From IMG/VR virus record IMGVR_UViG_3300014697_000001, positions 1-64,000 of that record: DNA of 64,000 bases; one strand, 5' to 3'. The notes beneath the pieces are model-generated. The model was not told where the DNA came from, searched no databases, and was given only the letters and a program-made list of their open reading frames with translations. Source of the stretch: a virus. Lineage: Duplodnaviria; Caudoviricetes. Position 1 is the stretch's first letter; the number at the start of each line of letters is the position of its first letter. Of the stretch, positions 19,260 to 29,771 are shown piece by piece. A program made the translations under genes and the position numbers.

Positions 19260-19289
19260 GGGAGGGCTTCGGCCCTCCCTTTATGCCCG
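19260..19289 (+). terminator. UUCG hairpin + TTTATGCCCG
   Basis: GGGAGGGC-TTCG-GCCCTCCC. Confidence 0.8.
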
Positions 19290-19322
19290 ATCTTATGACT
19301 TTATCTACTCTCTGGGGATACC

Positions 19323-20963
19323 ATGCCCAATCTACTGATTCCTATTCCGCACTCTTACGATGCGGTCTCCCGCCGGGTTGCCAAGTCGGTGATCAGCAAT
19401 CTACTGCGCATTACCCGGATGGAGGAAACCACACGGGTTGAGATTCGAGGCGATAGCCAGACGGCTGCTCAGCCTGGGTCTGAATTGACGGATGATAGGT
19501 TGGTTAACCGCCTATCGAATGATGGTCGAGTCATGGTCAGTTTCCGTGAAACCTATTCGGATTCTGAAGTGATCAACGCCGAGGTTCGTCATCCATACGC
19601 ACAACCGATCTTTGCAGACCCCATGATCGGGGTCCACATCAAACCGGTCTACAGTGCCACAGACATGGAATTGAATTTCACCTACCGGGCCAAATCCAAG
19701 CAAGAGGCCATGATCTGGCGTGACGACATCAAGATCCGGATGGCTGACAATCGTCAGTCTCACCTGCATGAGGTCGACTACCATTTCCCGGTGCCGAACT
19801 TCTGTGCAGGGTTGTTGATCCACATTCACGAACTGCGTGAAAGTGTGGCCGGGTACGGCGATAGCCTCGGCCAGTACCTCAAGAAGCATTACACCAAACG
19901 CGCTACGGTCCTCACCAATCAGGCAGGCAGTGATGTCAATACCTTGTTGGTGATTGCCGAGAAGCAACTGGGTGTCCAGGGGTGGTTTGACTTTGATCTT
20001 CCAGTTGAGGAAGAAAAGAACGAGGACGGGCCGAGTTACCTGATTCAGTTCAACTATCGCTTCAACTACCACAAGCCGGTCGAACTGAATGTGGTTTATC
20101 CGCAGGTTGTGCACAATCAGTTGATCTCATCTGACTACTTGGTGGTCAAGCCAAAAGAAGAAGACCCGCTGCGTCTACCGTCGTACAAAAGTGATTACCG
20201 GTTTGCACTGGACCACTTCGACCTGCTGGCCCGTATCCCGCCAAGAGCCTTGGGTGGTATCAGCATCCCAGACTACGATGAATGGATACCTAAGTCTGTT
20301 CTGCCTTATACCACGTCGCTGATCAACTGGATGGTGGTGTTCGAACCCAAGGACCTACATTTGATCCTGGGTGAGCAGGATGTCCTGAACACCGGGCTGA
20401 TGCCTGAAGTGATTGCATACATGCGTGATGCCGGAGACGCCTTGGTGCGCCTGGGTCATGCGGGTCTGCATTTCACTCTCTTCCGTGACCTTGAGCCTAT
20501 TACCGACGGTGACCTTGAGATCATAGTGACCGACAAGGCGTTCGAGGTACGTTGCAAGACGCCTGCCGACTTGCGCCAGCGCTACCACCTGCGTTTGGAT
20601 TTCTGCACCGAGCTGTCCAAGTACCGGGAAGAGACACTGATGTCCCTGCACGAGAACGGTCTACTGACCCTCAGGTTGTTTCAGTCGGTCGTCAATCGAC
20701 TGGACGTGGAAGATGCAGTTGCCAACCACCTCGACAGCGAAGGTCGTCTGAGCATCCCGTACATCAAACGCTTCTTTGGCTTCATGCGCCAGCAGCGGTA
20801 CGGCAATACAAGCATCAATGGCGAACAGGCTGAAGACGGTCAGGGCATCAACAATGATCGCCGCGACCACGAAAGCTGGTACGGCAATGAAACCAACTTT
20901 GGCTTCCGGATGGACACCCCGTACGTTGAGTACCTGACCATCATCGCCGACAACCGTAATTGA
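19323..20963 (+). CDS. virion structural protein
   Basis: 546 aa; synteny with the phiKZ-like structural block. Confidence 0.6.
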   Translation: MPNLLIPIPHSYDAVSRRVAKSVISNLLRITRMEETTRVEIRGDSQTAAQPGSELTDDRLVNRLSNDGRVMVSFRETYSDSEVINAEVRHPYAQPIFADPMIGVHIKPVYSATDMELNFTYRAKSKQEAMIWRDDIKIRMADNRQSHLHEVDYHFPVPNFCAGLLIHIHELRESVAGYGDSLGQYLKKHYTKRATVLTNQAGSDVNTLLVIAEKQLGVQGWFDFDLPVEEEKNEDGPSYLIQFNYRFNYHKPVELNVVYPQVVHNQLISSDYLVVKPKEEDPLRLPSYKSDYRFALDHFDLLARIPPRALGGISIPDYDEWIPKSVLPYTTSLINWMVVFEPKDLHLILGEQDVLNTGLMPEVIAYMRDAGDALVRLGHAGLHFTLFRDLEPITDGDLEIIVTDKAFEVRCKTPADLRQRYHLRLDFCTELSKYREETLMSLHENGLLTLRLFQSVVNRLDVEDAVANHLDSEGRLSIPYIKRFFGFMRQQRYGNTSINGEQAEDGQGINNDRRDHESWYGNETNFGFRMDTPYVEYLTIIADNRN

Positions 20964-20973
20964 AGGTAAGTCC

Positions 20974-22371
20974 ATGCCTATCCCAACTCCCCGCAATATC
21001 GACACGGTCACTTCGACCCCGAAAGTTGAACCTGTCAAGGTGCAGCCTAAGGCGTACGTCAGCGCCACGGTCGATACGAAAGAAGTCCGCTTCGACCAAC
21101 TCCTGACCAACATCGCCGGACAGTCATGGACCGTTGATTGGTTCTCATTGGTTCGTGGTCGGGACGATGATAATCGTCAATTTGAACTGGACAGTCATCC
21201 GGTCTACCAGCAATACAAACTGATTCAGGGGTTTGAGCTTAAGGTCACCAGCCCGCTGGCATCCTCTCAGGCAAGTGACAGCAAGGACATTACCCTGAAA
21301 GGCAGTGCCAATGTTTACGGGGTCCTGATCCCCAAGGAAGGTGATTGTTTCTTGGCGGACATCGGCGATGGACGTGAAGGGCTACTGTCGGTCATCAGTT
21401 CTAACCGCTTGAGTCATTACGCCTCCACCATCCATGAGATCGAGTATCAACTGATCCAGTTCAGTACCCAGGAACTGCGCGATAACATGGAGCGTAAGGT
21501 TGTCGAGCGGTCGGTCTTTCACAAGGACTTCCTCGACACCGGCAACAGTCCGTTGCTGAGTGATGAGCAGACAGGTCTGGTCAATCGGATGAAGGAGCAT
21601 TACGGGCGTTTGATTACGCTGTACTTCCATGACTTTTTCTCCCGTGACCGAAAGACCCTGCTGGTGCCCAATCAGCCCCGTGTAACCTACGATCCATTCA
21701 TTGTCCGTTACCTGAAAACCATCCTGACCACCGATGATCATCCGGTCATTCGACAGATCACCGAGTTCAACGTGCAGGGCGATCAGACCATGTACGAGTT
21801 CACCTTCTGGAATTGTCTGGAAGCCATGGATGAGAACCTACTGAGCATGAGTGTGCATCAGGCAGGCCTGGTTGACATCAAGCAGTTCTGGAATGGGCGC
21901 CCTACCCTGAACAGTGTCTATTACAGCGGCGTGGAGACCATCGTTTACCCGGACATGGCCCCCACCAACGTCGATGCCGGATACAATGGCATGTACGACC
22001 CTGCCCTGACCCAACTGGTTCGAGGGTGCGCGCGCTTTAGCGAACTGAATCGACTGATCAAGAACACATTGGTCGATGAACCTGTTCTTGACCTGTACGA
22101 ACAGGAAGATCCTGACCGGGCACCTAAAATCAAACGGGTGACGGTGGATGATTACTATGTGCTCAGCAAGGACTTTTACCTGCACACACCAGATCGTCGT
22201 CTGAGCAAGCTCGAGACACTGACCTTGGCCGCCATTCGTGGTGATGCCATCGACCTGAAGACACTGGATGAACTGTGCACCGACGCGATCCGTTGGGATA
22301 ACGTCGAACGGTTCTACTACATCCCGATCCTGTTTACATTGCTGAAGGTCTATCAACGGAGAATCAAGTAA
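20974..22371 (+). CDS. virion structural protein
   Basis: 465 aa; PKEGDCFLADIGDGREG segment; structural operon. Confidence 0.6.
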   Translation: MPIPTPRNIDTVTSTPKVEPVKVQPKAYVSATVDTKEVRFDQLLTNIAGQSWTVDWFSLVRGRDDDNRQFELDSHPVYQQYKLIQGFELKVTSPLASSQASDSKDITLKGSANVYGVLIPKEGDCFLADIGDGREGLLSVISSNRLSHYASTIHEIEYQLIQFSTQELRDNMERKVVERSVFHKDFLDTGNSPLLSDEQTGLVNRMKEHYGRLITLYFHDFFSRDRKTLLVPNQPRVTYDPFIVRYLKTILTTDDHPVIRQITEFNVQGDQTMYEFTFWNCLEAMDENLLSMSVHQAGLVDIKQFWNGRPTLNSVYYSGVETIVYPDMAPTNVDAGYNGMYDPALTQLVRGCARFSELNRLIKNTLVDEPVLDLYEQEDPDRAPKIKRVTVDDYYVLSKDFYLHTPDRRLSKLETLTLAAIRGDAIDLKTLDELCTDAIRWDNVERFYYIPILFTLLKVYQRRIK

Positions 22372-22949
22372 TGGCCCTCGACACCGATCCTAAAGCCATC
22401 TCCCACCACATCTTTCACCAGACGTACCTGTACGCCATCCCGGCCTATCACCGGTACTCTAAGCAGTACAACACAGTGGTGGGTCATCTGTCCTCAGGCG
22501 ACAAGGTCCTCGACCAGAACCTGATGAACGAGTATGTCAATGTCGGCGGCACCATTGCTGACATCCTGAGACTGTTCGAAAAAGGCGCCGATGTGCGCTT
22601 TCAGACCCCTCAGGATCTGGTTACGATCTATGAGGTACTGGTCTGTCACCTGAATAACTGGCTGACGTACATCGACCGAGACCCCAACATCAAGGATGCG
22701 CCTCTGGAATCGCTTGGTCTGATGGCCGAGTTTGCAGAGTCCATCCGCCCAACCGTGATCGGCTTCAAGCCCAAGGTTGAAGATGTTCCTCGTCTCAAGA
22801 TGGTGTCGTCGTTGTTTGGCGGGATCTTTGGAGCAGAGGCATTGTTCAACCCAACAGGTGTGGGGATCGACGTGCAGGAGACCAGCCCATTGGTCGATCG
22901 TATCGAGAGGCTGCTCAGTCAGCGCAATGCCACTCCCACCCGCCGCTGA
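22371..22949 (+). CDS. conserved hypothetical protein
   Basis: 192 aa; TAATG coupling to the upstream gene. Confidence 0.7.
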   Translation: MALDTDPKAISHHIFHQTYLYAIPAYHRYSKQYNTVVGHLSSGDKVLDQNLMNEYVNVGGTIADILRLFEKGADVRFQTPQDLVTIYEVLVCHLNNWLTYIDRDPNIKDAPLESLGLMAEFAESIRPTVIGFKPKVEDVPRLKMVSSLFGGIFGAEALFNPTGVGIDVQETSPLVDRIERLLSQRNATPTRR

Positions 22950-22966
22950 CCCAATGAGGTGTACAA

Positions 22967-24328
22967 ATGGAGTTCACCCAAACAACTCTAGGTAATGAAT
23001 ACCGGCTGGTCGAACTGGAGGGGATGGGGCGCTACTACACGTACACCGCCATTCTGGTCACGGCCAAGGAAGAGATCGAAGCCATGTCCGTGGTGAGCAT
23101 GGACTGGATTCGGGACTACCGCAATGCGGCTGGCGATGAGATGCTGATCCAACTCACCGTGCGCTGGGGTCAGTACCTGAACCGTATCTTGCCGTTCAAG
23201 GAAGCCCTGAAGCTCACGTTGATTCGGACCCCAGTGGATTCCACTGGGGCGATGCTTGCCGATCCCATCCTCGAACAGACCTTTAACGCCTACCTTCAAG
23301 CGGAAGCAGAAACCGATTCGATTGCCCATCGACCCGAAACGGCTGATGAGGAATCCTCCGACTTGGTGGGACTTAAGACCTTCAGCGTTCAGCTGCAGGA
23401 CCCGGCGTTTTCACTGATCCGTTCCGAGATGGTTGGTGGGGTCTTCCGAGACAGCCGGCCGTTTGACATCCTGATCTCGCTGTTGAACCGGTCGATCCAG
23501 ACCATGGAGATGGATCAGGAGAATGCGGTACTAGGCATCAACAGCATCCCACCGAATAATCAGACACCCCGTACCACTGTCATCCTGCCTCACGGTATCC
23601 CGCTGGTCAGCGTCGCCCAGAAACTCCAGCGACAATACGGCGGGATCTACACAGCTGACATTGGATGTTACCTGCAGAAAGGGTACTGGCACGTCTGGCC
23701 ACTGTATAACCACAAGCGGTTTGACACAGCCGAACACACCGCCTCGTTCATCATTGCACCCAGCAATAAAATGCGCGGGATCGAGAGAACCTATCGCGTG
23801 GTGGATAAGCACCTGACCGTGGTGGTGACTGGGGGTATCCAGCGGATCGATCCGTCGGAGACACGGCTGCTTAACGAGGGCAATGCCACCCGCTTCGTTA
23901 ACACCGAGAACTTGATCGAGGGGTTTTTCGAGACGGGCGGGAATCGCGCCGTGGCAAAAAGAACTAACAACGCCAATGAATACGAGGCAGTCAGCCGTCA
24001 AGCAAATCCCATGTCACGGGTGACGGATGACATGCTTCACTCCAACGCCTTTCACGAAGCCAGCAAGCTTGTCGAGCGCAATGGTGCCTTCTTCATGATG
24101 GCCTGGGAAAACAGTGATCCGGATCTGATCACCCCTGGGCTTCAATGTGAAGTAGGTTTCATGGTCAATGACGAGCCAGCGTTTGTGAATGGGGTGGTGG
24201 TCCATGCCCATGGGTATTCGGCACTGGCAGGTACTGGGTTGCATCAGAAAGTCCATCAGATCACCACGCAAGTGGTTGTGATGGTGGATCGGCACGCCCC
24301 CGCCTACCAGCAATACTTAGCGCAGTGA
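22967..24328 (+). CDS. Virion protein, possible baseplate hub
   Basis: 453 aa; SD GAGG; last gene of the structural block; hub call is from recalled synteny only. Confidence 0.5.
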   Translation: MEFTQTTLGNEYRLVELEGMGRYYTYTAILVTAKEEIEAMSVVSMDWIRDYRNAAGDEMLIQLTVRWGQYLNRILPFKEALKLTLIRTPVDSTGAMLADPILEQTFNAYLQAEAETDSIAHRPETADEESSDLVGLKTFSVQLQDPAFSLIRSEMVGGVFRDSRPFDILISLLNRSIQTMEMDQENAVLGINSIPPNNQTPRTTVILPHGIPLVSVAQKLQRQYGGIYTADIGCYLQKGYWHVWPLYNHKRFDTAEHTASFIIAPSNKMRGIERTYRVVDKHLTVVVTGGIQRIDPSETRLLNEGNATRFVNTENLIEGFFETGGNRAVAKRTNNANEYEAVSRQANPMSRVTDDMLHSNAFHEASKLVERNGAFFMMAWENSDPDLITPGLQCEVGFMVNDEPAFVNGVVVHAHGYSALAGTGLHQKVHQITTQVVVMVDRHAPAYQQYLAQ

Positions 24329-24349
24329 CCATCAGCCCAAGGCAGCCAT

Positions 24350-24390
24350 ACTAGACATCCCCGCCCGTGAATGGGTTGGGGATGTCTAGT
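24350..24390 (+). terminator. hairpin closing the structural block
   Basis: ACTAGACATCCCC...GGGGATGTCTAGT. Confidence 0.75.
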
Positions 24391-24397
24391 AGAACTG

Positions 24398-24420
24398 TTT
24401 TTGACCCTACATTATCGAGT
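24398..24420 (+). promoter_or_regulatory. Putative early promoter (TACATTATCG)
   Basis: Motif recurs at 47, 46143, 58388 and 59091, each time at the head of a + strand unit. Confidence 0.6.
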
Positions 24421-24452
24421 TGATCATCGATACCACCAATGGAGTACCAGCT

Positions 24453-25196
24453 ATGAGCCATGAACATACGCTGGGGAGGCTGTCTGTTAAAGCAGGAGAA
24501 ATACTTACTTTTACGTACCGTGATAACACTCCCCAGGAACGACACATTACCGTTGTCGCCATTGCTGACATTGATCTTAGCCGGGAGATGGCTCTCTTTT
24601 GTGAACAGGCTGATCGTCACAGTCATGCCATATTCACTGAAGAAGCGTTGCCTGCCTTCATCGAACACCTGGCGCAACGCCAGTTGCTCCATGTGGGAAA
24701 TGAGATCAATATCGACTTCGGCCGTTTGGGAAGACCTGCATCAAGACTCATGAATGAGTACCGCTTCAGGATCAATCCTGAGGCCTTCTGGGAGGCGAAG
24801 TTACTTCACCGCTACCAGCATAACGCATTCACGCTTTTGAGTCACCAGAACCACTTGCTGACGCTTATGGCCGGGGTAGATGCCCCCTTCAGTGTCTTAG
24901 CCAATGTCTTGGACATCCAAGGCAACCCGCTTGGGACTTTGAGGCTGGAATTGCTGTCCGATAACCGCCACACCTTGATTAACGACGAAGATATCGAACG
25001 TATCCGTCTGGCCCTGCAGGCTGACATCACTCTCACCGTGCAGGAACTCAGCGTGATGATCGATTCAATCAAAGTCATCTCTAACCCCGAATTTGGAATC
25101 AACTCGTTTACCCGTCACGTTACACCCACCCCTACCTCTCTATCCAAACCCCATTCTTCCACTGAGGAACCAGTAAATGAGTCAGCTGAACCTTAA
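24453..25196 (+). CDS. hypothetical protein
   Basis: ATG 24453 after GGAG. Confidence 0.7.
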   Translation: MSHEHTLGRLSVKAGEILTFTYRDNTPQERHITVVAIADIDLSREMALFCEQADRHSHAIFTEEALPAFIEHLAQRQLLHVGNEINIDFGRLGRPASRLMNEYRFRINPEAFWEAKLLHRYQHNAFTLLSHQNHLLTLMAGVDAPFSVLANVLDIQGNPLGTLRLELLSDNRHTLINDEDIERIRLALQADITLTVQELSVMIDSIKVISNPEFGINSFTRHVTPTPTSLSKPHSSTEEPVNESAEP

Positions 25197-25461
25197 ATCT
25201 TCATATTCCACCAACCTGTCCAAGCTCAAGGACCTTTATCAGGACAAGGGTGTCGAATTGCCAGAACGTCCACAGCCTGCCCCGATCGTCTTCAACGGTC
25301 CGTGCAACGCATGGTATTCCAGCGTCCGTCATGGTAAGGTCACCAAGGTCTGGTTGATCGAGGTGCGTAAGGACACTGTGATCTTTAAAGATCAGCCAAC
25401 CGACAAGCACAGTCAGAGTCTTTCACTGGCCAAGTTTGTCAAGTTCTACAAGGCCGTTTAA
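25177..25461 (+). CDS. hypothetical protein
   Basis: 94 aa; SD GAGG; followed by a hairpin at 25474-25495. Confidence 0.65.
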   Translation: MSQLNLKSSYSTNLSKLKDLYQDKGVELPERPQPAPIVFNGPCNAWYSSVRHGKVTKVWLIEVRKDTVIFKDQPTDKHSQSLSLAKFVKFYKAV

Positions 25462-25565
25462 ATCGCGCACATACAGGGAGGCTACGGCCTCCCTGATCTA
25501 TTTTGCTGAGTGAATTTAAACAAATCCATTGAATGCTATAGTTACCAAAACCAAAAGGACAGTCC

Positions 25566-25745
25566 ATGAAGCCCGTTATTCGTGAATTCGAAACACGGGA
25601 TGCTTTGGAACTCGCTTACCATGGCGGTAAGTTGAATCAAACCGAATTATACCGTGTAGTGAACTCGCCTTTTCAATATCGATTAAGCCCCATCCGAAAG
25701 GGCCTGATCCAGATCCCTCTAACCTTGGATAAAGACCATGCATAA
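25566..25745 (+). CDS. small hypothetical protein (59 aa, absent from the ORF track)
   Basis: MKPVIREFETRDALELAYHGGKLNQ...DKDHA*; SD AAGGA; overlaps the next start. Confidence 0.6.
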   Translation: MKPVIREFETRDALELAYHGGKLNQTELYRVVNSPFQYRLSPIRKGLIQIPLTLDKDHA

Positions 25746-26100
25746 CACCTACATCTGGTGGCTAGACAAATGGGCCCTGATGATGGTCGACAGTCTCGAT
25801 GAGATGGCCTATCAGGGCCATCCTGACTATCCGCCCTTACCGGGTCATCTGAAGATGACGTTGCGCGGCCTTGCCAACACCCAGCAATTTACCGGCGAAA
25901 TCCTGACGCCAGTGACCTTTGATCGCAATGACCTGTTGAATCAGATGACCGAACACTGGGAACGGGTTGACCTGTTGAAGCAGCACGAAGGCATTGCGTT
26001 TGAAGCAGCGCATTTAGACATCGTTTCAAAGTACCCCGGTATCATCACCGACGTCAATTTCCAGCTGGTGACGACCCGAGGCAATCACCCTAAATTCTAA
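25738..26100 (+). CDS. hypothetical protein
   Basis: 120-aa ORF within an operon. Confidence 0.65.
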   Translation: MHNTYIWWLDKWALMMVDSLDEMAYQGHPDYPPLPGHLKMTLRGLANTQQFTGEILTPVTFDRNDLLNQMTEHWERVDLLKQHEGIAFEAAHLDIVSKYPGIITDVNFQLVTTRGNHPKF

Positions 26101-26119
26101 CTCACCCTAAGGGGGAAGT

Positions 26120-26797
26120 ATGGACCTATGGAAATCGTTGGGATATGAGTGGACGTTCACGTGGTGTGGTGTAGGCTCGCGGGAAGTTCCTGAAGACGTC
26201 GCACCAATACTGGTCTGGATAGGTGAAAGTATGGCGCTGCTGGGTGGGGTTCTCTGTACAGGTGATGCCACCGGTTCAGACGAACTCTTCTATCGAGGTT
26301 ATCTCAAGGGGCTGGAGAAGAAGCCGTCATTGCCACCTGCCCAGATCTACTTCACCAGGCTCAAGAACCAGCGTGGTCTCCAGCACGATCCAGTTAAGGG
26401 GTACCATGAAGCAGAACGCTACGACACCATCGACGAGGCCCGTGCCATAGCTTTCAAAGCCCGTGGGAGCTTCGAGGGACTGTTTCCGTCTGGGATTGGA
26501 CTACACACCCGCAATGCGTTCCAGGTCCTCTCAGAGACGCTCCAGGACCCTCGCTGGATAACGGTGTTTTATGCCGAACCGGCCAACAAAAAGAACACCC
26601 GTTGGAAGGGAGGAACAAACACAAGTATTCAGATCTCTATCGGGCACTTGATCAAGAAAGTCAACCTGTACATTGAAGACGAACGCAATAAGTTTGTCGA
26701 CTGGATAAAACAACAGCTTATCAAGCGGGGGATTGAAATCCCTCCCATGCCGCAGGAGCCTGTCCGTGCGCAAACAGAAGATTTACATCGGTCGTAG
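26120..26797 (+). CDS. SLOG/DprA-like (Smf-type Rossmann fold) protein
   Basis: GVGSREVP, LCTGDATGSD, RNAFQVL and GGTNT match SLOG/DprA motifs. Confidence 0.7.
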   Translation: MDLWKSLGYEWTFTWCGVGSREVPEDVAPILVWIGESMALLGGVLCTGDATGSDELFYRGYLKGLEKKPSLPPAQIYFTRLKNQRGLQHDPVKGYHEAERYDTIDEARAIAFKARGSFEGLFPSGIGLHTRNAFQVLSETLQDPRWITVFYAEPANKKNTRWKGGTNTSIQISIGHLIKKVNLYIEDERNKFVDWIKQQLIKRGIEIPPMPQEPVRAQTEDLHRS

Positions 26798-26951
26798 GAG
26801 AAAGAATCGTCGCCGTGGCACACCCTGGTTCAGGAAACGAATCGTGATGACATTTACCGAAACCACATCCAGCCCAGTTCGAGATTTTCTGAACCGGTGG
26901 CTCAATCTAGTTAATGAAGGAACATCGAGTGACAACCTCAATCCCGTCTAA
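26766..26951 (+). CDS. small Arg-rich hypothetical protein
   Basis: GTG 26766 after GGAG; GRRRKNRRR; fills the gap before tmk. Confidence 0.4.
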   Translation: MRKQKIYIGRRRKNRRRGTPWFRKRIVMTFTETTSSPVRDFLNRWLNLVNEGTSSDNLNPV

Positions 26952-27609
26952 CGCCCCTGGATTCTTCATCGCCCTAGAAGGAATCGACGCCACTGGCAAA
27001 AGCACCATTGCTAACATGGTGACTGAGTTCATGCAGCGTCAGGAAGTCGACTTCATCCGAACCCGCGAACCGGGTGGTACGCCATCAGCCGAAATCTTGC
27101 GTGAACTGGTCATCTGGGGCACCGGTGAAGGCAAGGATGACTGGACTCACATGACCGAAGCCCTGCTTTATCTGGCCAGTCGTGTTCAACACACGGAAGT
27201 CCTGATCAAACCCTCCTTGCAAGCGGGCAAGATGGTCTTCTGCGAGCGTTACTACGATTCGACGTACGCACATCAAGGCGGCGGTCGAAAGATCGATGTA
27301 CCCACTCTCAAGGCGCTCCATGAACTCACCATCGGTGATTTCAAACCTGACCTGATTATTCTGCTTGACGGCGAACCCGAGGTGCTGAGGGAGCGTATGG
27401 TCAATCGGGGTAATCTTGACCGCTTAGAAAAGGAAGGCATCGACTTCCAGCACCGCAGTCGTGAGATCCATCTCCAGCAGGTAATAGACGATCCAGGCCG
27501 TTACATCGTTGTGGATGTTAACCGCTCACTCGAAGAGGTCTTTGCCCAGATCGAGCCGGCGCTTCAGAACATCCTGAAGTACAAGTTCAAACACGCAAAC
27601 GTCGTTTAA
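26914..27609 (+). CDS. tmk: thymidylate kinase
   Basis: P-loop EGIDATGKST, TREPGGT, ERYYDSTYAHQG; true start may be the GTG at 26929. Confidence 0.95.
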   Translation: MKEHRVTTSIPSNAPGFFIALEGIDATGKSTIANMVTEFMQRQEVDFIRTREPGGTPSAEILRELVIWGTGEGKDDWTHMTEALLYLASRVQHTEVLIKPSLQAGKMVFCERYYDSTYAHQGGGRKIDVPTLKALHELTIGDFKPDLIILLDGEPEVLRERMVNRGNLDRLEKEGIDFQHRSREIHLQQVIDDPGRYIVVDVNRSLEEVFAQIEPALQNILKYKFKHANVV

Positions 27610-27689
27610 CTCTTGAAGCGGTGGGATTACCCCACCGCTCTATGCGCTTATTAATTCGCACCATACCCACCACCACAGGATGTTCAACC

Positions 27690-28373
27690 ATGACTACCAC
27701 CGATAAAACCGGCATCGAATACGACACCCTCGAACAGGAATCGGCCATACTCGATTTGTTTGAAGCCATCAAGAACCCTAACGCCAAAAAGGTCAAGAAG
27801 TTCGCTGCCAAGATGTACAATGAATGTCAACTTGACATCCAGAAGCGTCTGTGCCGTGACATCTACCGCGCTGACGATCCGGTCAAGTACATGCGCACCT
27901 GTATCGAAAAGATCCGGGACTGTGCCATGTTGGTCGAGCAGTTCATTGCTGACGGTTGCCATGGGATGCTCTTCACGGGTCGCGATGGCCTTGAGGTCTG
28001 GCCCATCAAACTGAACACCGTACAGACCTGGTTGACTGAAGACAAGCGCTGGGACCCCGAACAGGAAATGATCATCGCTCACGATTGCGCCAACAACTGG
28101 ATGAAGGAGCATGATAAAGGCTACTTCTTTGGTAAAGTGGTCCTGTTCCCCAAGTTCGGTTTCAGTGGTGAGCCCCGCATCATCGAGATGCAATGTGGTG
28201 ACACTGAGGGCATGATCAAATACCCCGGTACCGATTACTACGTCAGGCCACAGACCCAGATTCAACTGACTCGGGCACATGACGTCGTGGTCGGTGAAAT
28301 CAAAGACCGGGTCGCTGCTGGAAAAGGAGTGACCAAGGACCTGCGTGAATTGTTCCATCTTTCCCATCGTTAA
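27690..28373 (+). CDS. hypothetical protein
   Basis: ATG 27690 after AGGA; phage-like codon bias. Confidence 0.7.
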   Translation: MTTTDKTGIEYDTLEQESAILDLFEAIKNPNAKKVKKFAAKMYNECQLDIQKRLCRDIYRADDPVKYMRTCIEKIRDCAMLVEQFIADGCHGMLFTGRDGLEVWPIKLNTVQTWLTEDKRWDPEQEMIIAHDCANNWMKEHDKGYFFGKVVLFPKFGFSGEPRIIEMQCGDTEGMIKYPGTDYYVRPQTQIQLTRAHDVVVGEIKDRVAAGKGVTKDLRELFHLSHR

Positions 28374-28389
28374 TAAAAGGAGTTTTACC

Positions 28390-28977
28390 ATGAGTGCCAT
28401 GTTGTTTATCCGTAAGTCTGATGAAATTGATACTCGCCTTACAGCAGCTCAATTCCAGCGTAACGAGAACGGCAGTTATAAAGTGGATGCGGTGGAATTC
28501 GAAGACTTGGATGTTGACACCGAGTGTCCTGAAGGGTTCCGCCCAGTCGCAGTGCACATCGTTCCCATCCGCACCATCGAGGGGCGTAAATTCTACAGCA
28601 TCTTCAAAACCAAAGATGCCCCACCCACCCTGTATGTCAGCCTCCCCATCGGTCCTGAGGACTTCCTGTGTGAAAGCGCGGAGAACCCCACCATGTCCCT
28701 GGCAGTAACGGTGGTGGGTAAGCTGGCGGCGATGATAAAGACTGTGCAGAGTAAGTTCGACATTACGTTGTCTGCAGGATCATTCACCTACCCCAAGATC
28801 ATTAACGGTGAGTTCATCTGGCCGTTGGTTCTTGAGGGTGACGACTATCACGTCATCGACCAGTGGCTCGAGACGTTAGGTGAAGTCATTGGTCATGCGC
28901 CAGCCATTGAGCTTCGCGATGACCCTGAAGGATTGAACGAACTCTCCATTGCTGTGCTTGCACACGAGGCGAATTAA
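28390..28977 (+). CDS. hypothetical protein
   Basis: ATG 28390 after AAGGAG. Confidence 0.7.
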   Translation: MSAMLFIRKSDEIDTRLTAAQFQRNENGSYKVDAVEFEDLDVDTECPEGFRPVAVHIVPIRTIEGRKFYSIFKTKDAPPTLYVSLPIGPEDFLCESAENPTMSLAVTVVGKLAAMIKTVQSKFDITLSAGSFTYPKIINGEFIWPLVLEGDDYHVIDQWLETLGEVIGHAPAIELRDDPEGLNELSIAVLAHEAN

Positions 28978-28978
28978 A

Positions 28979-29743
28979 ATGATGAACACCGACACCCTGA
29001 TCATGCACCAATTTCTCCGGGAAGTCCTGATGTCTCCTGACTGCCTGATTAAAGCGCTGAAAGATCAATGCATGCGCCGACATTCGCCCGAGTCCTGGAT
29101 CTCTGCCATTCATGCCATCAACGTCCTGTATAAAGCAGGAATTGAGTTGCCGTGTGTTGATCGTCAGGGTGACGGTTGGTCTTTCTACCTTCCCTTCGAC
29201 ATCGAGACACCTGATGGAAACGTCAGTGGCGAACTGGATTTTAAACTCAATACCGACCTAGCGGTTACCGATATGTTGGTTGTCTTTAATATCCGGGGTC
29301 ATAAACTTCTTACCCGCTTACACGAGTGGAACCTGTGCAGCCCTGTGACAGTGGGCCAAGGTCTCGAGTCGATCTGTCTCAAGGATGTTGAATGGGGCGC
29401 CTTCGGTAGCAATGGCGTGTTGCTGGACATCGTTGTCGAAAGTGTCCTAAGCGGGCTCCTGAACACAGCTGACCTGGACTCCCTCATGGTACTGTATGCG
29501 ACCACCAATGCGCGTGAACATGACTTGGTGGTGACGGTCAATGAGATACCTTACCGGACCCTGACTCCCAACCAGTCCTTGGCGTTACCGTTACTGCCAG
29601 GCACCGTGATTGACTTCATCGCCCTAGCAGCTGAGCTCTTTTCAGCACAGCAACCAGAAGCGCGCCGGATAGACTTCCGGCTGGATGAGGGGGATTCGAC
29701 ACTGTCCGTGTCCATCGAATCTACTGATCTTATGCGTGGTTAG
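28979..29743 (+). CDS. hypothetical protein
   Basis: ATG 28979 directly after the upstream stop; SD GAGG. Confidence 0.7.
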   Translation: MMNTDTLIMHQFLREVLMSPDCLIKALKDQCMRRHSPESWISAIHAINVLYKAGIELPCVDRQGDGWSFYLPFDIETPDGNVSGELDFKLNTDLAVTDMLVVFNIRGHKLLTRLHEWNLCSPVTVGQGLESICLKDVEWGAFGSNGVLLDIVVESVLSGLLNTADLDSLMVLYATTNAREHDLVVTVNEIPYRTLTPNQSLALPLLPGTVIDFIALAAELFSAQQPEARRIDFRLDEGDSTLSVSIESTDLMRG

Positions 29744-29771
29744 TAAGCTTCTCCTTGCGAGGTAAATCACT

